Shown here: positions 1 to 12,660 of the stretch, piece after piece
Layout of the letters: every line of letters begins with the position of its first letter
Position numbering within the stretch: the stretch's first letter is position 1
The notes under the pieces: generated by a model
Seen by the model: the letters and a program-made list of their open reading frames with translations, nothing else
Told to the model about the DNA's origin: nothing
The model's database searches: none
Source: Lama glama
Lineage: Eukaryota
Length of the DNA: 64,000 bases
Assembly (NCBI GenBank): GCA_028534125.1
Contig: CM052818.1
Span: forward strand, 32,056,001-32,120,000
Direction of reading: 5' to 3'
Program-made: the position numbers and the translations under genes

Positions 1-324
1 TGCTGGGCTGATTTCTCCACGCCTGCTTACCTCCCATCACCTGGGCTTGCTGGCCAGGCACTCCTCCATCAAGAAAGCCTTGCTGGTTTAGCTCTTGTGG
101 CCTCTCTGACTCTTAAGTTTCAGAGACCATTTAGTCTCTTTTCTCAGACTCTGCATGGTTAGGAGAAGAAAGAAATCACTTCTTGCCTAAGTGCTATTAA
201 CATACCAACTTGCCCCGCAAAACCAAGATACTTTTCTCTATAGACTACCTGACAGATCTGAGGAACAGGGTTGCAGCCAAGTATTTTCTACTGGCTTATC
301 TAAAAAACTGTCTTGGGGGTGGTG

Positions 325-700
325 TTTATGATGGTGAAAAAGTAGAAATCATTTAAATGCTCAAATAATGAGGATTTAGTTAAATAAAATGTATTATGGC
401 TAAATATTATACAGCCATTACATTTATGCTATCTTAAAATATTTAATAATTCAGGAAAATATTCAAGGCCTATTATTAGATTTTTTAAAGGTTAAACAGT
501 ATATGTTATATAACTTGTTTTGTAACTGTGTATGTACATAAGAAAACTATGTATATAAGGGAAGAATTCTATAAGGAAATAAACCAACATAGTAGCAGCA
601 GTTATTTATAGATGATTCAGTTATCAGTGATTTTTATTTTCTTTTGGTATTTTCCAAATTTGAGTCCATAAACATGTACTACTTTTATAATAAGATAAAA
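325..700 (+). mobile_element. Ancient L1 (L1ME-like) 3' end remnant
   Basis: Degenerate match to L1M 3' end layout (aaaagtagaaatcatttaaatgctc...tattatacagccatta...catgtactacttttataataag). Confidence 0.55.
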
Positions 701-1599
701 CATGTCCTTATTCTTTAATTCAAAGGGATTAAAAATTCTCATTTGAGGCTACATCTTACTGAATCATTTTGGACTTTTTTGGGGGAAAAATGTTAACTAT
801 TTTCTACCACAACAACCAGAAAAGCCAGTGGTACTGGCTGGGGTGACGTAGATAGACAAGCAGATGGAGAAGCAGGTTGCATTCCTGCCTGCCTGAGTAA
901 GGTACAGGGTATCAGCGGTTCATGTCAGCTCACAAATCCAGAACACCCCACCCCACCCTCTTTCTGCTTGGCTTATCCTTGAAGGGTTAGAAAGGGTAAC
1001 CACATGTGCATCAGGCTCAGGAATGTGCCCAGGGACCGAATGCAGCATGTAAGCAACATGTCCTACTTCAGTTTAATTTTTGCCCCTTCAGATGTTTCAG
1101 AAGTGTTCTGGGTGGTCATGCCTTTCATTTAAGCACAACTTTTCATCATGCTAAGGTCACTGTGGGTATTTGTATCCTCTTATCCCTCCCCTCTTCTGGA
1201 ACTCACCATGAGAGGTCACATTAGTTCCCTGGTTCTGCTTGCAGAAATGTATCCTACATTTCCTGAGCAATGAGGTCACTAGGCCTTGGATCTTGACCCT
1301 TCAACAAGATGTGACTTGTGATTCTTTCATCCTAATAAAATTCTGATGCCAGTCTAGAAGCTGGAACTTGAGCTCCAAAGAGACTTTCCTTAATGAGTTG
1401 GCATGCCTTTAGGGTGTCTGGTGAAGTATTTCTTGCCTCCCCATCAGGGTAAGCCTCTTCCACGGTGTTGCCTCTGCTTCCTATGGGAGGCCATCACTGG
1501 GAGGGGATGGATTATGGTTGTGATGAAGATTATGACCCACCTTAACTGACTCTTAACAACCCTGCCCAAGAGCATGGGGAATAAGAAAGGAAGGAAGAC

Positions 1600-1745
1600 A
1601 AGAGTTGGAGGGAGAGGGACCTGGGCTCTCATCCCAGCTCTGCCATAAGGGATGACACTTTACGTCTCTGGGCTGTAGGGTCCTCATCTGTAATGTAAAG
1701 GTCTTAGACTAGATTGTCACTCTAATATTTCTAGCTCTAATATAA
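1600..1745 (+). mobile_element. MIR/MIR3 SINE fragment
   Basis: cccagctctgcca...cctcatctgtaatg core followed by MIR3-type tail (tagactagat...tctagctctaa). Confidence 0.6.
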
Positions 1746-2031
1746 GGCTAGGGGTAGGCATTTCCAATACAAAGGATAGCAATGTACCTGGCACAAAATT
1801 TGTGAGCCAAAGAAATCCCCACCAGCCTTAGGAGATGTATCCATTCCCCAAGATTTAGTCATGGTTTCTGGAAGCTGGACAGACCTATGGCTGAAGTCAC
1901 TCTTTAGACCACAGCATCAAGATTGGAGAATTGCCTCTCAAAACCTATATGGCACCCTGGAGGGAAGAAAGAGGAGCTCCTTGAGAGGCTAGGGAGCCTG
2001 AAGAGTGTTCAGGCATAGTGCTGTGGGCCAG

Positions 2032-2672
2032 TGTGGCAGATAAAATTATGACCACCCAAAGAAGTCCTAATCCTCAGGACCTGTAACTATGTTGCTTTAC
2101 ATGGCAAAACGGACTTTGCAGATGAGATTATCCTGGGTTTTCCACATGGGCAGTGGAATCACAAAGGTCCTAATAAGAGAAAGAGGAAGACAGGAGAGCC
2201 AGAGTCAGAGAAGATGTGATGATAGAAGCAGAGGTCAGAGAGACAGAGCCTTAAAGATCTTTTAATTATGTACTATTTGTATCAATTATTAAATTCTGTT
2301 CTTTGAATCTTGTATTTCTTTACTAAATCAACAATTGGGAAGCCCCTACTGACTGCAGGACACTCTAGATTAAACTCTAAGTCTAGGGGACATCTAAAAT
2401 CGGACAGACACCGTTCCATGTAAAGTGGCAGCCCAGAGGCTGCTGGTGCTGAAGTTGAAGGAAGAGGCCATGCGAGAAGGAATGCAGGAAGCTCCTAGAA
2501 GCTGGAGAAGGGAAGAAAATGCTTTCTCTCTTGAATCTCTTCTAGAAGGAACACAGCCTTCCAACCCATCTTAGTCTTCTGACCTCCTAAACTGTAAGAT
2601 AATAAATCTGTGTTGTTTTTAAGCCGCTAAGTTTCTGATAATTTGTTATAGAAGCAATAGGAAACTAGTACT
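2032..2672 (+). mobile_element. MaLR solo LTR, MLT1D-like, interrupted by ~180 bp foreign segment
   Basis: Starts TGTGG; acatggcaaaa-ggactttgcagatg, ctagaagctgga, ctgtaagataataaat...aataggaaacta end motif. Confidence 0.85.
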
Positions 2673-3332
2673 TCTGGTCTTGACCACATTTGGAGGAAAA
2701 ATGATATGCTCTTGAGGCACCATTCTAGAAAGGGCAGGGCTCAGAGGGTTGACTCGGCCTTAGAGACACAATTGCTTGTATTTGTTATAGAAGGTGTCCA
2801 TTGAGTCCATACATTCTGTCCATACAGACAGTCTGTAACTTCCCCCTCCACAGGGAACAGGGCAACATCTCTGTGGTTGAGAAATGGAACAGAAAGAGCA
2901 GCAACAGGAGCTGAGGCTCGACATATACAGCTCTGTCTGGGAGTCTGGCTCCTGTGGGTAAGAAGAACTGAAGGCATCCTGGCGAAGGGACCTGGAAAGG
3001 CTCATTACTCGAAATGGGGGAGCTGGGGTGAGGCTACCTCACCCGTGGAAGGAAGCTGTGATGCTGCCCAGGACAGTTTCTGTGACACTCCTGTGTGAGG
3101 TGGCTGGAGAAGGCAGTGAAAGTACAGGTGGGTCCTGTGGTGAGCGGCTGCCAGTCAGGGACTGGCCCTGGGCTCTGAACCCAGTGAAACTGGAAGGACC
3201 TAGAGTCTGCAAAAAAAGTATTTTTCCATCCATGATCACGTTTGATTCTCATAAAACAACGAGATGTGTATTGTTAGTGTCCCTAACATATAGGTTGGCA
3301 AACTAACGCTAAATAGCAGACTTTAAAGAGAG

Positions 3333-3417
3333 GAAACTGGGTCTTTCTCATTCATTATGATGCCCCAAGTTTAGTAAGGAGAAACTAGGTCTTTCTCATT
3401 CTTTGTGATGTCCCAAG
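3333..3417. repeat. Imperfect direct repeat, 37 bp x2, period 48
   Basis: gaaactgggtctttctcattcattatgatgccccaag (3333-3369) vs gaaactaggtctttctcattctttgtgatgtcccaag (3381-3417), 33/37 identical. Confidence 0.9.
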
Positions 3418-3469
3418 AGCCTGGCCCAATGCCCAGTATAAAATAGACATTCACTAAATATTTCTTGAC

Positions 3470-3600
3470 CCACAGATGAATGCTGAGAGAGATGAAGTAA
3501 GTTGCCTGTCCACAAAATCTACAAATCCAGGCTGTGAGAGAGCCAGGTCCTGAATTCCAGTTTTTGATTACCAAATTTCATGTTCTTTCCATTGTATCAA
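3470..3600 (-). mobile_element. MIR fragment
   Basis: cagatgaa..ctgagagagatgaagtaagttgcc...gagccagg...tgttctttccattgtatca, reverse MIR core. Confidence 0.6.
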
Positions 3601-6441
3601 ACTCTTCATAAAACACAGTATTTTCCAGACCTACTCCTACATAAGACTCTCTCTCATTAGATGTCTGGCAGTACATTCTGAATCAGGGGATCGTCCATAC
3701 ACCATTGATGCCAGGGAGACTCGCTCTGTTCCATGACACAGCCAAATTATGTCCACTGTGGTAACTGGTAAGGGCAGAGACTTCAGAAGGATCTTGGAAA
3801 GTCTACTCTCACCCATGTCTTCTTTGTAGATAGCCAGGGCAAGGAGTGCTGTCTAAGGCAGCCGCAGTATGAAGCTTGTCATCCAGGCTGCATAGGGATG
3901 TAATCAGTGTGAGAAGGTGGGATCAGCTTACTGCAGCCAGAACTGCTGTTTTAGAATGTAAGGAGCATTGTGCTGAGAGTCAGGAGTGGTGGGTCTGCCC
4001 TTGGCTACCATGTGAACTCAGAACTCAGTTTTTCAATTGGTAAATTGAGTGGGTGGGATACTAGATAAGCTCTAAGAGCATGTGAAGTTGTCTTTCTGAT
4101 TTCCTACTTCCTCTTCTTAAGAACCTTTTATCACTGTTATCTGGATTTTTTAGCCTCACTTATTTCTATGTATCAAATGGTTCAGATAAGACACATCTTG
4201 AAGAAATATGGGTTCTGTTTAAGAAAGGCTATGAACCGCTCAGAATTTATGCCTGAAGAGAGTTGAGGGAAAGCCAGGACCTTGCAAAGAGGAATAAAAT
4301 AAAATTCTCTTGAATGGGAATAACTACAGTGTAATTCTGCTTAGAGTAAAAAGATAATCTTTACTCATTCAAGATGAAGAAAGACTGGTTTAATATAAAT
4401 TGAAGAGAGATATGTAGCTCTCTTCCCTGACTTGTTATAAAAATCAGTGGAAATAATGCACAAGAGTCCATTCTGTAAACAGGAAAGTGGCACAGTAGAG
4501 TAATATGTAGCCCAGCCTAATAGCAGTCATCCCAGCCACAGCAGCCCAAAGCAAGGGGTATAGCTCTATCTTGAGTTAAGAATCTTGACCCTAAAAGGCC
4601 TGTTTGGCCCAGGTATCCACGTACAACATATTTAGGACTTTTTAGACATGACAAACGAATTTGCTGAGAATAACTGAGGGCATTTACAAATGGAATGGCA
4701 GCAGACCCTAAAGATTACACAGCAGGTTCAGATCTAGTGTCCAGTTCTCCCCCTGAAGAATCGGTAAGAACCTTTTACCTGTTGGCTATTGTGGTAGTCT
4801 AGGTTTTTCTTATCTAAAGCATTATCATCTATTTTGATTCTGTCCACTTCTCACTTTAGAATTGCTAGTCACACTTAATCAAAACACATTTATTAGATAT
4901 CGGGCATTTCTTAGTTGATTTTTATGGAAACTGTTATTATTTTGAAATATGCTGGATTTACTTGATTTACTAGGCTTACTTGTTACGAAACTGGTTGCAT
5001 GCATAGTGTGGCAGTTCCCTGTGTCTTTGTTACAGAGTACCTGACCTGCACTTGTGTTCTCTTCAGCAACTGCCTTCTCTCTGATATGATTGGCATTCTC
5101 TGCACCTGGAAGCAATGAAAGAGCTATTTGAAATATTATTCTGGCAATAAGGAATTATTTATTCCTTGTAAATAAAATGAGAATGGTCTTCTCATTGTAA
5201 AGTAGGCAGGAATTAAATTCACTTCTACAACAACAGCATAGGATGCTCTTGTTTAATAGCTTCACCTCCAATATTGCTTGTGCTACACAAATACGAAGTA
5301 TTATTCAGGTATTGTTCCTTAGATTATATACTCCACCTCTCCTAAGAATTACTTTTCTTCATTTATTAACACAGTATGTTTATACCCAAAAGGATCCATC
5401 CCAAGAGCAGTGTATACTCAGGGAGCTGCCGAGTCTGGGAGGAATCAGTGCAGTTGCTGCCATCCCTCCCATGTCCAAGCTCTTAACACAGATTCTTCCC
5501 TGTTTAGCTTTTAATTATAAATTATATCAAAAACATGGAGCATATTAAAAAATAGAGGAATCAAAATAATTAATGCTTTCAAAGTAAAGAATTTGGAGAA
5601 GATAAGTGCTTCAGTTCTTCGAGCTTGGCAACCCTCCAGAGATCAACCACAGTTGTCCAGCTCACATGAGTGCTTCATTCCTTTCTTATTTTTTCTGTCT
5701 TTGCTTTTCCCTCTATCTTCTATCCTTGTGTCCTGTGGCCCTCTTCCCTCTCAACCTCTCTTTCTCATTGAAAGCGTATGTGTCCTTCCTACAACTATGG
5801 AAGCAGATAGGCAGGATCAGCAGGGTCAGCTAGCACACAGACTGGACGTGGGCTTCGCCTACCAGTAAAGACAAATTCAGATCTGTTGCCCTTCATGTGA
5901 CTCATGTATAAGGATAAATTTGAGAAACATTGCTTGCTAGAGAAGCAAGAAAGGCAGCAAATTGTAGAATTCTTGTGCTCCATGAGGAAATCATTAAAAT
6001 TAAAACCTCATGTAATAGAAAAATAAGTTGAATCAATTGGCTTATTTACCCCTGATGTCAAAGGTAATATGGAAAGTCAGTGTTCTTTAGAAAGGAAACA
6101 GGTGCTCACATGGAGGGAAAGAGGATCCTTAAGGAGTTCTGTCTTTCAGAGGGATTTAGAAATTGAGTTTATGCAGGAAATATAATTAGCAGTACTTTAT
6201 CCAACACCTCTACTGGAGGCAGCAGCAGCTCACAACTTTTAAAAAATTCATGCTTCCGTAAATATATAAGTAAAGTTATCAAGCCCATTTAATCTGAAAA
6301 AGGCAAAGTGAAAATAGAGGAGAAACAATCAAAAGGCATGAGACTGATAAGGCACTTTCCTGTGAACATGTTGGGCCAGCTCAAGATAAAGGACTTAACC
6401 TACATCAAGAAGGGCAAAGGTTGAGGGGAGGGAAGGCAACC

Positions 6442-6649
6442 CTGGGTCCAGCTAGGCTATCTGGCAACTCAGTGTGAATTTAACACAGTTGCCCCCCCTG
6501 GGTGAAGGAATTAGGAAAAGGTGCCTCTTCTGGATGGGTGCAGCCAGTGCTAGAACTCATAGCTTGGACAAGAATGTGAGCTGAATCTCAGTCCCACTCG
6601 CCCCCTCATTTGCAGGGCACAATTCACCCAACTGTATACAGTGACCCTG
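6442..6649. mobile_element. Non-autonomous hAT-Tip100-type DNA transposon remnant (MER91/MamTip-like)
   Basis: Right end gcagggcacaa...caactgtatacagtgaccctg resembles a Tip100-family terminus (CAGGG.. on reverse strand). Confidence 0.45.
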
Positions 6650-6800
6650 TCAGTGTTTACCAAGGGCTTACTTTATGCCACACACTTATCATACAAAGCT
6701 TTATATGAGTCTCACAATAAAAACATAAAATAGTTTTGGAAAATTGAATATCCAAGTTTCAGACTAATAAAATAAGATTCAAAGGAGTAAGGAAAGGCAA

Positions 6801-9590
6801 GATTTCCAGCTATGGCTAAGTGAAGGGACTGGCAAATTCTCGCCTCAAAAAGCAACTATAAAGCTGGACTAAACTGATGAAAACAACCATATGAGTGCTC
6901 TGAATATTGGCCAAGTGAATATAACAATCTAAGAAGAATTTGTGCTTAAGAAACTGTTGAACTTCTGTCTTCCCTGAAGTGTGTGGTTGCAGGTAACACC
7001 CAGGGTAAGAACCACGGAAATCTGTGGCATTCTGACCTGGTGCTTCTCCTGTCTACCTAACTCATTCTACACAGAGGTCCTGTTAAAGTAGCGTACACCA
7101 AGAGGAACCAAAGCTATGCCACACTTGAAGAGGACTCACTTGATTTGGAGGTACAGTACATGCCTGACAGTGCTATAGGTGAAAGTGAAAACCGGAGACT
7201 CAACTAGCCTGAGTGTCTGTCATGGTTGGGTCAGGCATATTCATGATTGAGACTATGTGTATTCCTAGTGGAGGTGGGAAAGGTCCAACCTAGCCACAAC
7301 TTTCTAGCCAACCCTAAGTCTATGAATATATGCAGAGGAGACATGGATGGGTCAGCAGCTCGAGCCTCGAATACACTTTTTTACCCACACACAGATCTGT
7401 TGGCAAAGGACAGAAGTCTTACTGGTTCATGGTGTTTGAGCACATCGTCTGTCCAAACATTGCAGACCATTAAACTACAGAGAAATGACCCATAGGAAGC
7501 CAGGATAAAAAATTAAAGAACACTAGGAAAAAAAACTGAGCAGCAACATCAGCAGCCACGCACTACAAGGAAGACAGATTTCATAGATATAGCTCAGCCA
7601 AGCGATTAAACCAAGAAACTAACTGAAGAAAGAAAACAAAACAACAACAATAACAACAACAACAAAATGACCGTCTACAATCTTCAAGAAAACTGGAATC
7701 CAAAGTTGCTAGCAGACCTGCCTTACAGTAAGTATTAAAGTAAGATCTTCAAAGTGAAATGAGATTATAGAAGATAACTTGAATCTACAGGAAGAAGTGA
7801 AGAACACCATAAATCGTAAATATGTGAGTTAATATAAAAGATTCAACAAATATGTTTTTCCTTAACATTTTTGAAAGACATAAGATTATATAAATGCACA
7901 ATTACAAAGCTATATTGTTGAGTTGATACATATATAGATATATAAGAATAATAGGAAATGGAATGGTGCTATATTTGAACAAAGTTTCTGTATTTTATTA
8001 AAATTAGGTTAGTATTAATCTGAAGTAGACTGTGATAAGTTCAGATGGATGTAGCATAGAGCAACCAGTAAGAAAATAACTCCAAAAACATTTTTTTAAA
8101 TCAACAGAAGTTTTTAAATGGTACACTGAAAAAATACCTGGCATTTGAGAAGGAATAGAGGAACTAAAAAGACAGGAGACGTCTAAAAAACTCAGCAAGA
8201 AGACAAGTGTAAATACAACCAAATCATTAGTTATGTTAAGTGTAAATAATCCAAACATTCAGTCAAAAGACAGATTGATGAAAGATTGAAAGCTTTCTCC
8301 CAAGGTTGTGAACAAGGCAAAAATGGCTGCTTTCACCACTTCTGTTCAACACTGAACCAAACCAGTGCAATGAGAAAAAGAAAGATGAGATAAATGAAGG
8401 AAGGAAGGGAAGAAGGGAGAAATTAAAGGCATACAGATTAAAAAGGAAAAAGTAAAATTATTATGAGGTAACATGATCCTTTATTTAGAAACTCCAAAAG
8501 AATTCCCATAAAAAATCCAAAAACTAATAGAATAAATAAGTGAATTTAGAAAGATCACAAGATACAAACCAATATACAGAAATTAATTATATTTCTATTT
8601 TCTAACAACAGACAATTCCCAAAAGGGAATTAAATCAATTCAGATGATAAAAACATCAAAAAGAAGAAAATTCTTAGGAAGAGATTTAACAAAGAAAGTG
8701 TAAGTCTTTCACACTTAAAATTACAGAGCATTGCTGAAAGAAATTAAGGGATAATATAAACAAAAAGAGAAACACTACATTTTTATTTTACAGTTTATAG
8801 TGGAAAACTCAATAGTGTAAGATGGCATTACTCACCAAATTTATCTGTAAATTCAGTGTAATCCCTACCAAAATCCCAGCAGGCTTTCTTTCTTTTTTTT
8901 TAATTCATCTTTTTCTTTTTCTTCCTTTCTTCCTTCCTTCCACTTAAAATCTAAATGAAAACGCAAAGTATCTAGAATATATGAGATAATTTTTTTAAAG
9001 AAGGAGAAAAAGTTGGAGAATTTACATTGCCTTCTTATAAAACTTACTGTAAAGCCAAAGTAGTAAAGACAGTGTGATATTGGGGCAAGGAGAGTCATAT
9101 GTACCAGTGGAATCAGAAATAAATCTGAACAGTTATGATCAGTTGATTTTTGACAAAGATGTCTGGGCAATTCAATGGGAGAAGGCAAGTCTTTTCAACA
9201 AATAGTGCTAGGATAATTGGATACCCACATACAAAAAATAAACTTAAACCCCTACCTCACACTATATACAAAAATTAACTCAAAATGAATTGTAGACCAA
9301 AATGTGAGGATGAAAACTATATAGTTTCTAGAAAAAAGTAGGAGAAAATCCTTGTGACCTTGGGTTGGGAAAATAGTTCTTAGATATGACACTAAATCAC
9401 AATCAATAAAAGAAAATTTGATAAATTGTACCTCATCAAAAATGCAAAACTCTTGTGTTTAGAAGACAGCATTAAGGAAATGGGAGAAAATACTTGCAAG
9501 TTATGTATTATATAAAGGTCTTGTATCTAGAATCTATATAAATAACTCTTATAATTCAATAAGCCTAGAAACCCAATTAAAAATGAGTCA
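6801..9590 (+). mobile_element. Ancient L1M element with 5' end, ORF1 tail and internally deleted ORF2 (inactive)
   Basis: L1M-type 5' end (aaaagcaactataaagctggac...aacaaccat); ORF1 end ~7710 (ctagcagacctgccttaca); ORF2 start ~8200 jumps at ~8277 to RT region (aaagctttc..caaggcaa..tcaccacttctgttcaacact); ORF2 continues to aaacccaattaaaaatg. Confidence 0.85.
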
Positions 9591-10069
9591 TATCATTCAT
9601 TTCAAAGGAATTTAGTGAAAAGTAAGATAATAAAGCTCTCTTTGTCACAATATTTGGCATGTAGTAAATACTCAATAAATGGCAGCTATAGTTATGATCA
9701 TAAAAGTTATCACTGTTTTATAAGTAAACAAGGTGAACTCCAGAAAAGGTAAAGACCTTATCTAAGGGTACTCAGGCTATAAGCAGCAGCATGAACCAGG
9801 CGCAGGCGCCTGCTTGCAGTGCCCAAGGAGGATTTAGAGAATTTCACAGTGAGCTTCACATTGTGTGAGTGAAAGGTGCTTCTTTGTGCCATCCCATTAT
9901 TCAGGATGACCAAGGATGGGGCCACCTCTGGTGTCCCTGTCCCATCAAGTTCTGCTATTAGGGGAGATTTGGGGGAGAGGAAGAGAAGGAAGCAGCCTGC
10001 CTTTTATAGGCAACTCTCATGGTCTCACAGTTCCCACTCTTTCCCTCACTTGATTTTTATTACTTGTTT

Positions 10070-10500
10070 AAACATTATTATAGTTCATTGCCATTATTAT
10101 TTGGAATAGAGAAAAATTGGAAATTACTTTAAATGTTCATTAGTAAGGACTGACCAAAATAACTAGGATTTAACCATAATAAATTTAATTACAAAGTTAA
10201 GACATACTTACTGTGAAAAAATTTTAGATAGATATATGTACTGACGTCGATAACTATATATATTGATGTGTAGCTAAATGAAAGATGTATATTGTAAAAC
10301 AGTATAATATTATGGCCTCATTTTAATTTGTATATGTTTATTTAGGTATAGAAAATATCCTGGGTGCATATATATCAAACTGTTATCACCGGTTACTTGT
10401 AGAGAGTGGAATTTTGTTTGGAGAGCCAAGGGGAGGATGCACTTTTGTGTTGTTAGAACTTTTCACATATTTCTTTTGTAATTAAAAAATTAAAGAAAAA
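10070..10500 (+). mobile_element. Ancient L1 (L1ME-like) 3' end remnant
   Basis: aaaaattggaaattactttaaatgttcattagtaagga...aaactgttatcac.ggttac...tcttttgtaattaaaaa. Confidence 0.6.
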
Positions 10501-10921
10501 GAAATATAACATTTTAAAATGTTTTTATATATAAATTCCTATTCCATTAAAAAAAAGAAATAAAGTTACCTAAAGTCCCATATCTAGTAAATGGAACACT
10601 CGGGATTTGAACTCAGATCTGTGCCTTCTTCATCATAGCATCCTCCTTTAGAAGGTACCTGAAAGAGAAATTAAGACATGCTTCCTAAGCATAAGGTTAT
10701 GACTCATTGATTCAGTTAGCAAAGGAGATCTCAGACACTCCTTTTTGGGAGACACTGAATAATGGATAGTGGTCTACAGTGGTTCGGGAAGGTGATGAGA
10801 GCCTTGTGAAGAAACAGGGACATTGACCAAGTGACTCCTGAAAGTCCCTTTCTTATTCTTTTGTGATGCAGCACAGTAAGGAAACACCATTATGTTGATA
10901 GTATCAAATTAGGTAGCAAAC

Positions 10922-11350
10922 TTTCAAAGCAGCGAGGGAGAAAGGGATCCTAGAAACGACCGTCTAGTAATTCAATCCCTGTTAAAATAGTGGAACAGAT
11001 ATTAAGAGGAAAAAAATACTATCTAGGATAATGGAATTATGAGCAATAAGCATTATGGGTTTTAAAAGAACAAATCATGCCAGACAAAGTTGATTGCTTT
11101 TTTGATTAGTAGACTAAGGGAATAGAGTAGATGTAATATATCTTGATTTTAGCAAAAGGTTTGATAGTGTCTCGTGAAATTTTACTCAGGAAATTAATTG
11201 AAAATGGCCTAGAGATGAGCACTGTTGCGTGAACTTCAGCATGGTGGCAGGACAGCAGAAGGGAATGAGAAACGGCGATGTATCATAGTGGGGAGATGTG
11301 GGGCGGGGAGGTTCAAGTTAGGGGTCAGTTCTATTTAATTATTTCATTAC
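10922..11350 (+). mobile_element. CR1/L3 LINE reverse-transcriptase fossil
   Basis: Translating across stops and frameshifts gives DPRNDRLV..SIPVKIVEQIL, HYGF*KNKSCQTKLIAFFD, VDVIYLDFSKRFDSVS, EILLRKL..GL, GSVLFNYFI; these match CR1 RT motifs DPGNYRPVSL, QHGF..KSCQTNLI.FFD, VDVIYLDFSKAFD, GPVLFNIFI. Confidence 0.9.
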
Positions 11351-11699
11351 TTCTCAGGAAGAAGAGGAGGCAGCACTTACGTGAGTGAAATTTATATTAT
11401 ATTTTATCTGTGTGCTTTAATGAAAAAATCCTTTGAAAGCTAGCAAGTCTATCTGGTTTCTAATCCCAGGTATAGCCTTGTTCTCGTTCCCAGAATAAGC
11501 CCCATGGATGCATACAATATCATGTGGTCGCATAATGGACTTCAACTCTAATTCTGAATGATGAGATAAGAATAATGGCCTAGCCAAGAGCCCTCCCTGC
11601 TTATCCTTGGCACCATGCCCTTACCCTGCATAGGCTCCCTCTCAACCCCTAATACCTAGGATCCCTCCAACATCTTGGAGCCCAGCACTCAACCCTATA

Positions 11700-12660
11700 A
11701 TCAGCTATTTAGTACCTACTGTGTGCCAGGCTCATGATAGATGTAAAGGATAAAGAATGTTACAAATGCATAAGACATAAAGGATAGTTCATGGTTTAGA
11801 GCAGGTGACAGACACAGTAAACTGATAGTGATTGTTGCTGTAATCAAGTTTAGAGAGCATTCTACAGAAAAATAGAGACTGAGAGTAACATTAGATGGAA
11901 GAAAAGGGGGAGTTGAAAGAGCCAAATATTGCTGAGGCCAGCTTTAAAGAGTAGGTGTTATTTGACTAGGGGCTTAAAGGAAGGGAAAAATATTATCTAA
12001 GATGTGGAAGGAAAGGGCAGTTCAGCCAGAAGATAGAGACAATTTACTTAACCTCTGTAACCGGTCTGTAAAATTCTAACAGTGACTGTATCAGCTCTAA
12101 GCATTGTTAGGAGGATAAAGTGAAGGGTTGTCTGTATGGAACATAGCACTGTGTAGAGCACAGAGTAGAGATTCAACAGTTGAAAGCCATTATGCTGATG
12201 GGTCGGGGCAAGGGGCAAGGGGCAAGGTGAGATGGAGTTGTGGTGGGACACAGGATGGAAAGATATGTTTAGAACCAGCTTATGAAGGACTTTGAAAGTC
12301 ACAGTAAGGAATCCAGACTTTATAAGGCAGACAGTAGAAGGACATTAATGGGTTTACAAACAGAGGGGTAACTTGACCAGATATTGTTTTACCAAGATCA
12401 GTCTGATAGTGATGGAGGAAGAATATGAGGAAAGAGTGGCCAAAACAAGGCCAGGTAAGAGGCTACTCAAATACAAATGAAGACTCAAACCAGAGCAGTC
12501 CCACTGGGAGTAGGAAGAAGGCTGTGAATCTTGATAACTGAAGAAAAGAGAATCAATATTAACTTTATTGTATTGTTTCAGCAACTGGATATTTTGTAAT
12601 GCCATTATCTGAGAAACAGAGCTCAGAAATAGAAAGAGCAGATCAAGAGTTTAGTTTTCT
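11700..12660 (-). mobile_element. L2 LINE remnant with a nested + strand MIR (~12040-12195)
   Basis: tatttagtacctactgtgtgccagg 3' end, purine-rich L2 body; MIR ttacttaacctct...tctgtaaaat...aggataaa. Confidence 0.7.
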
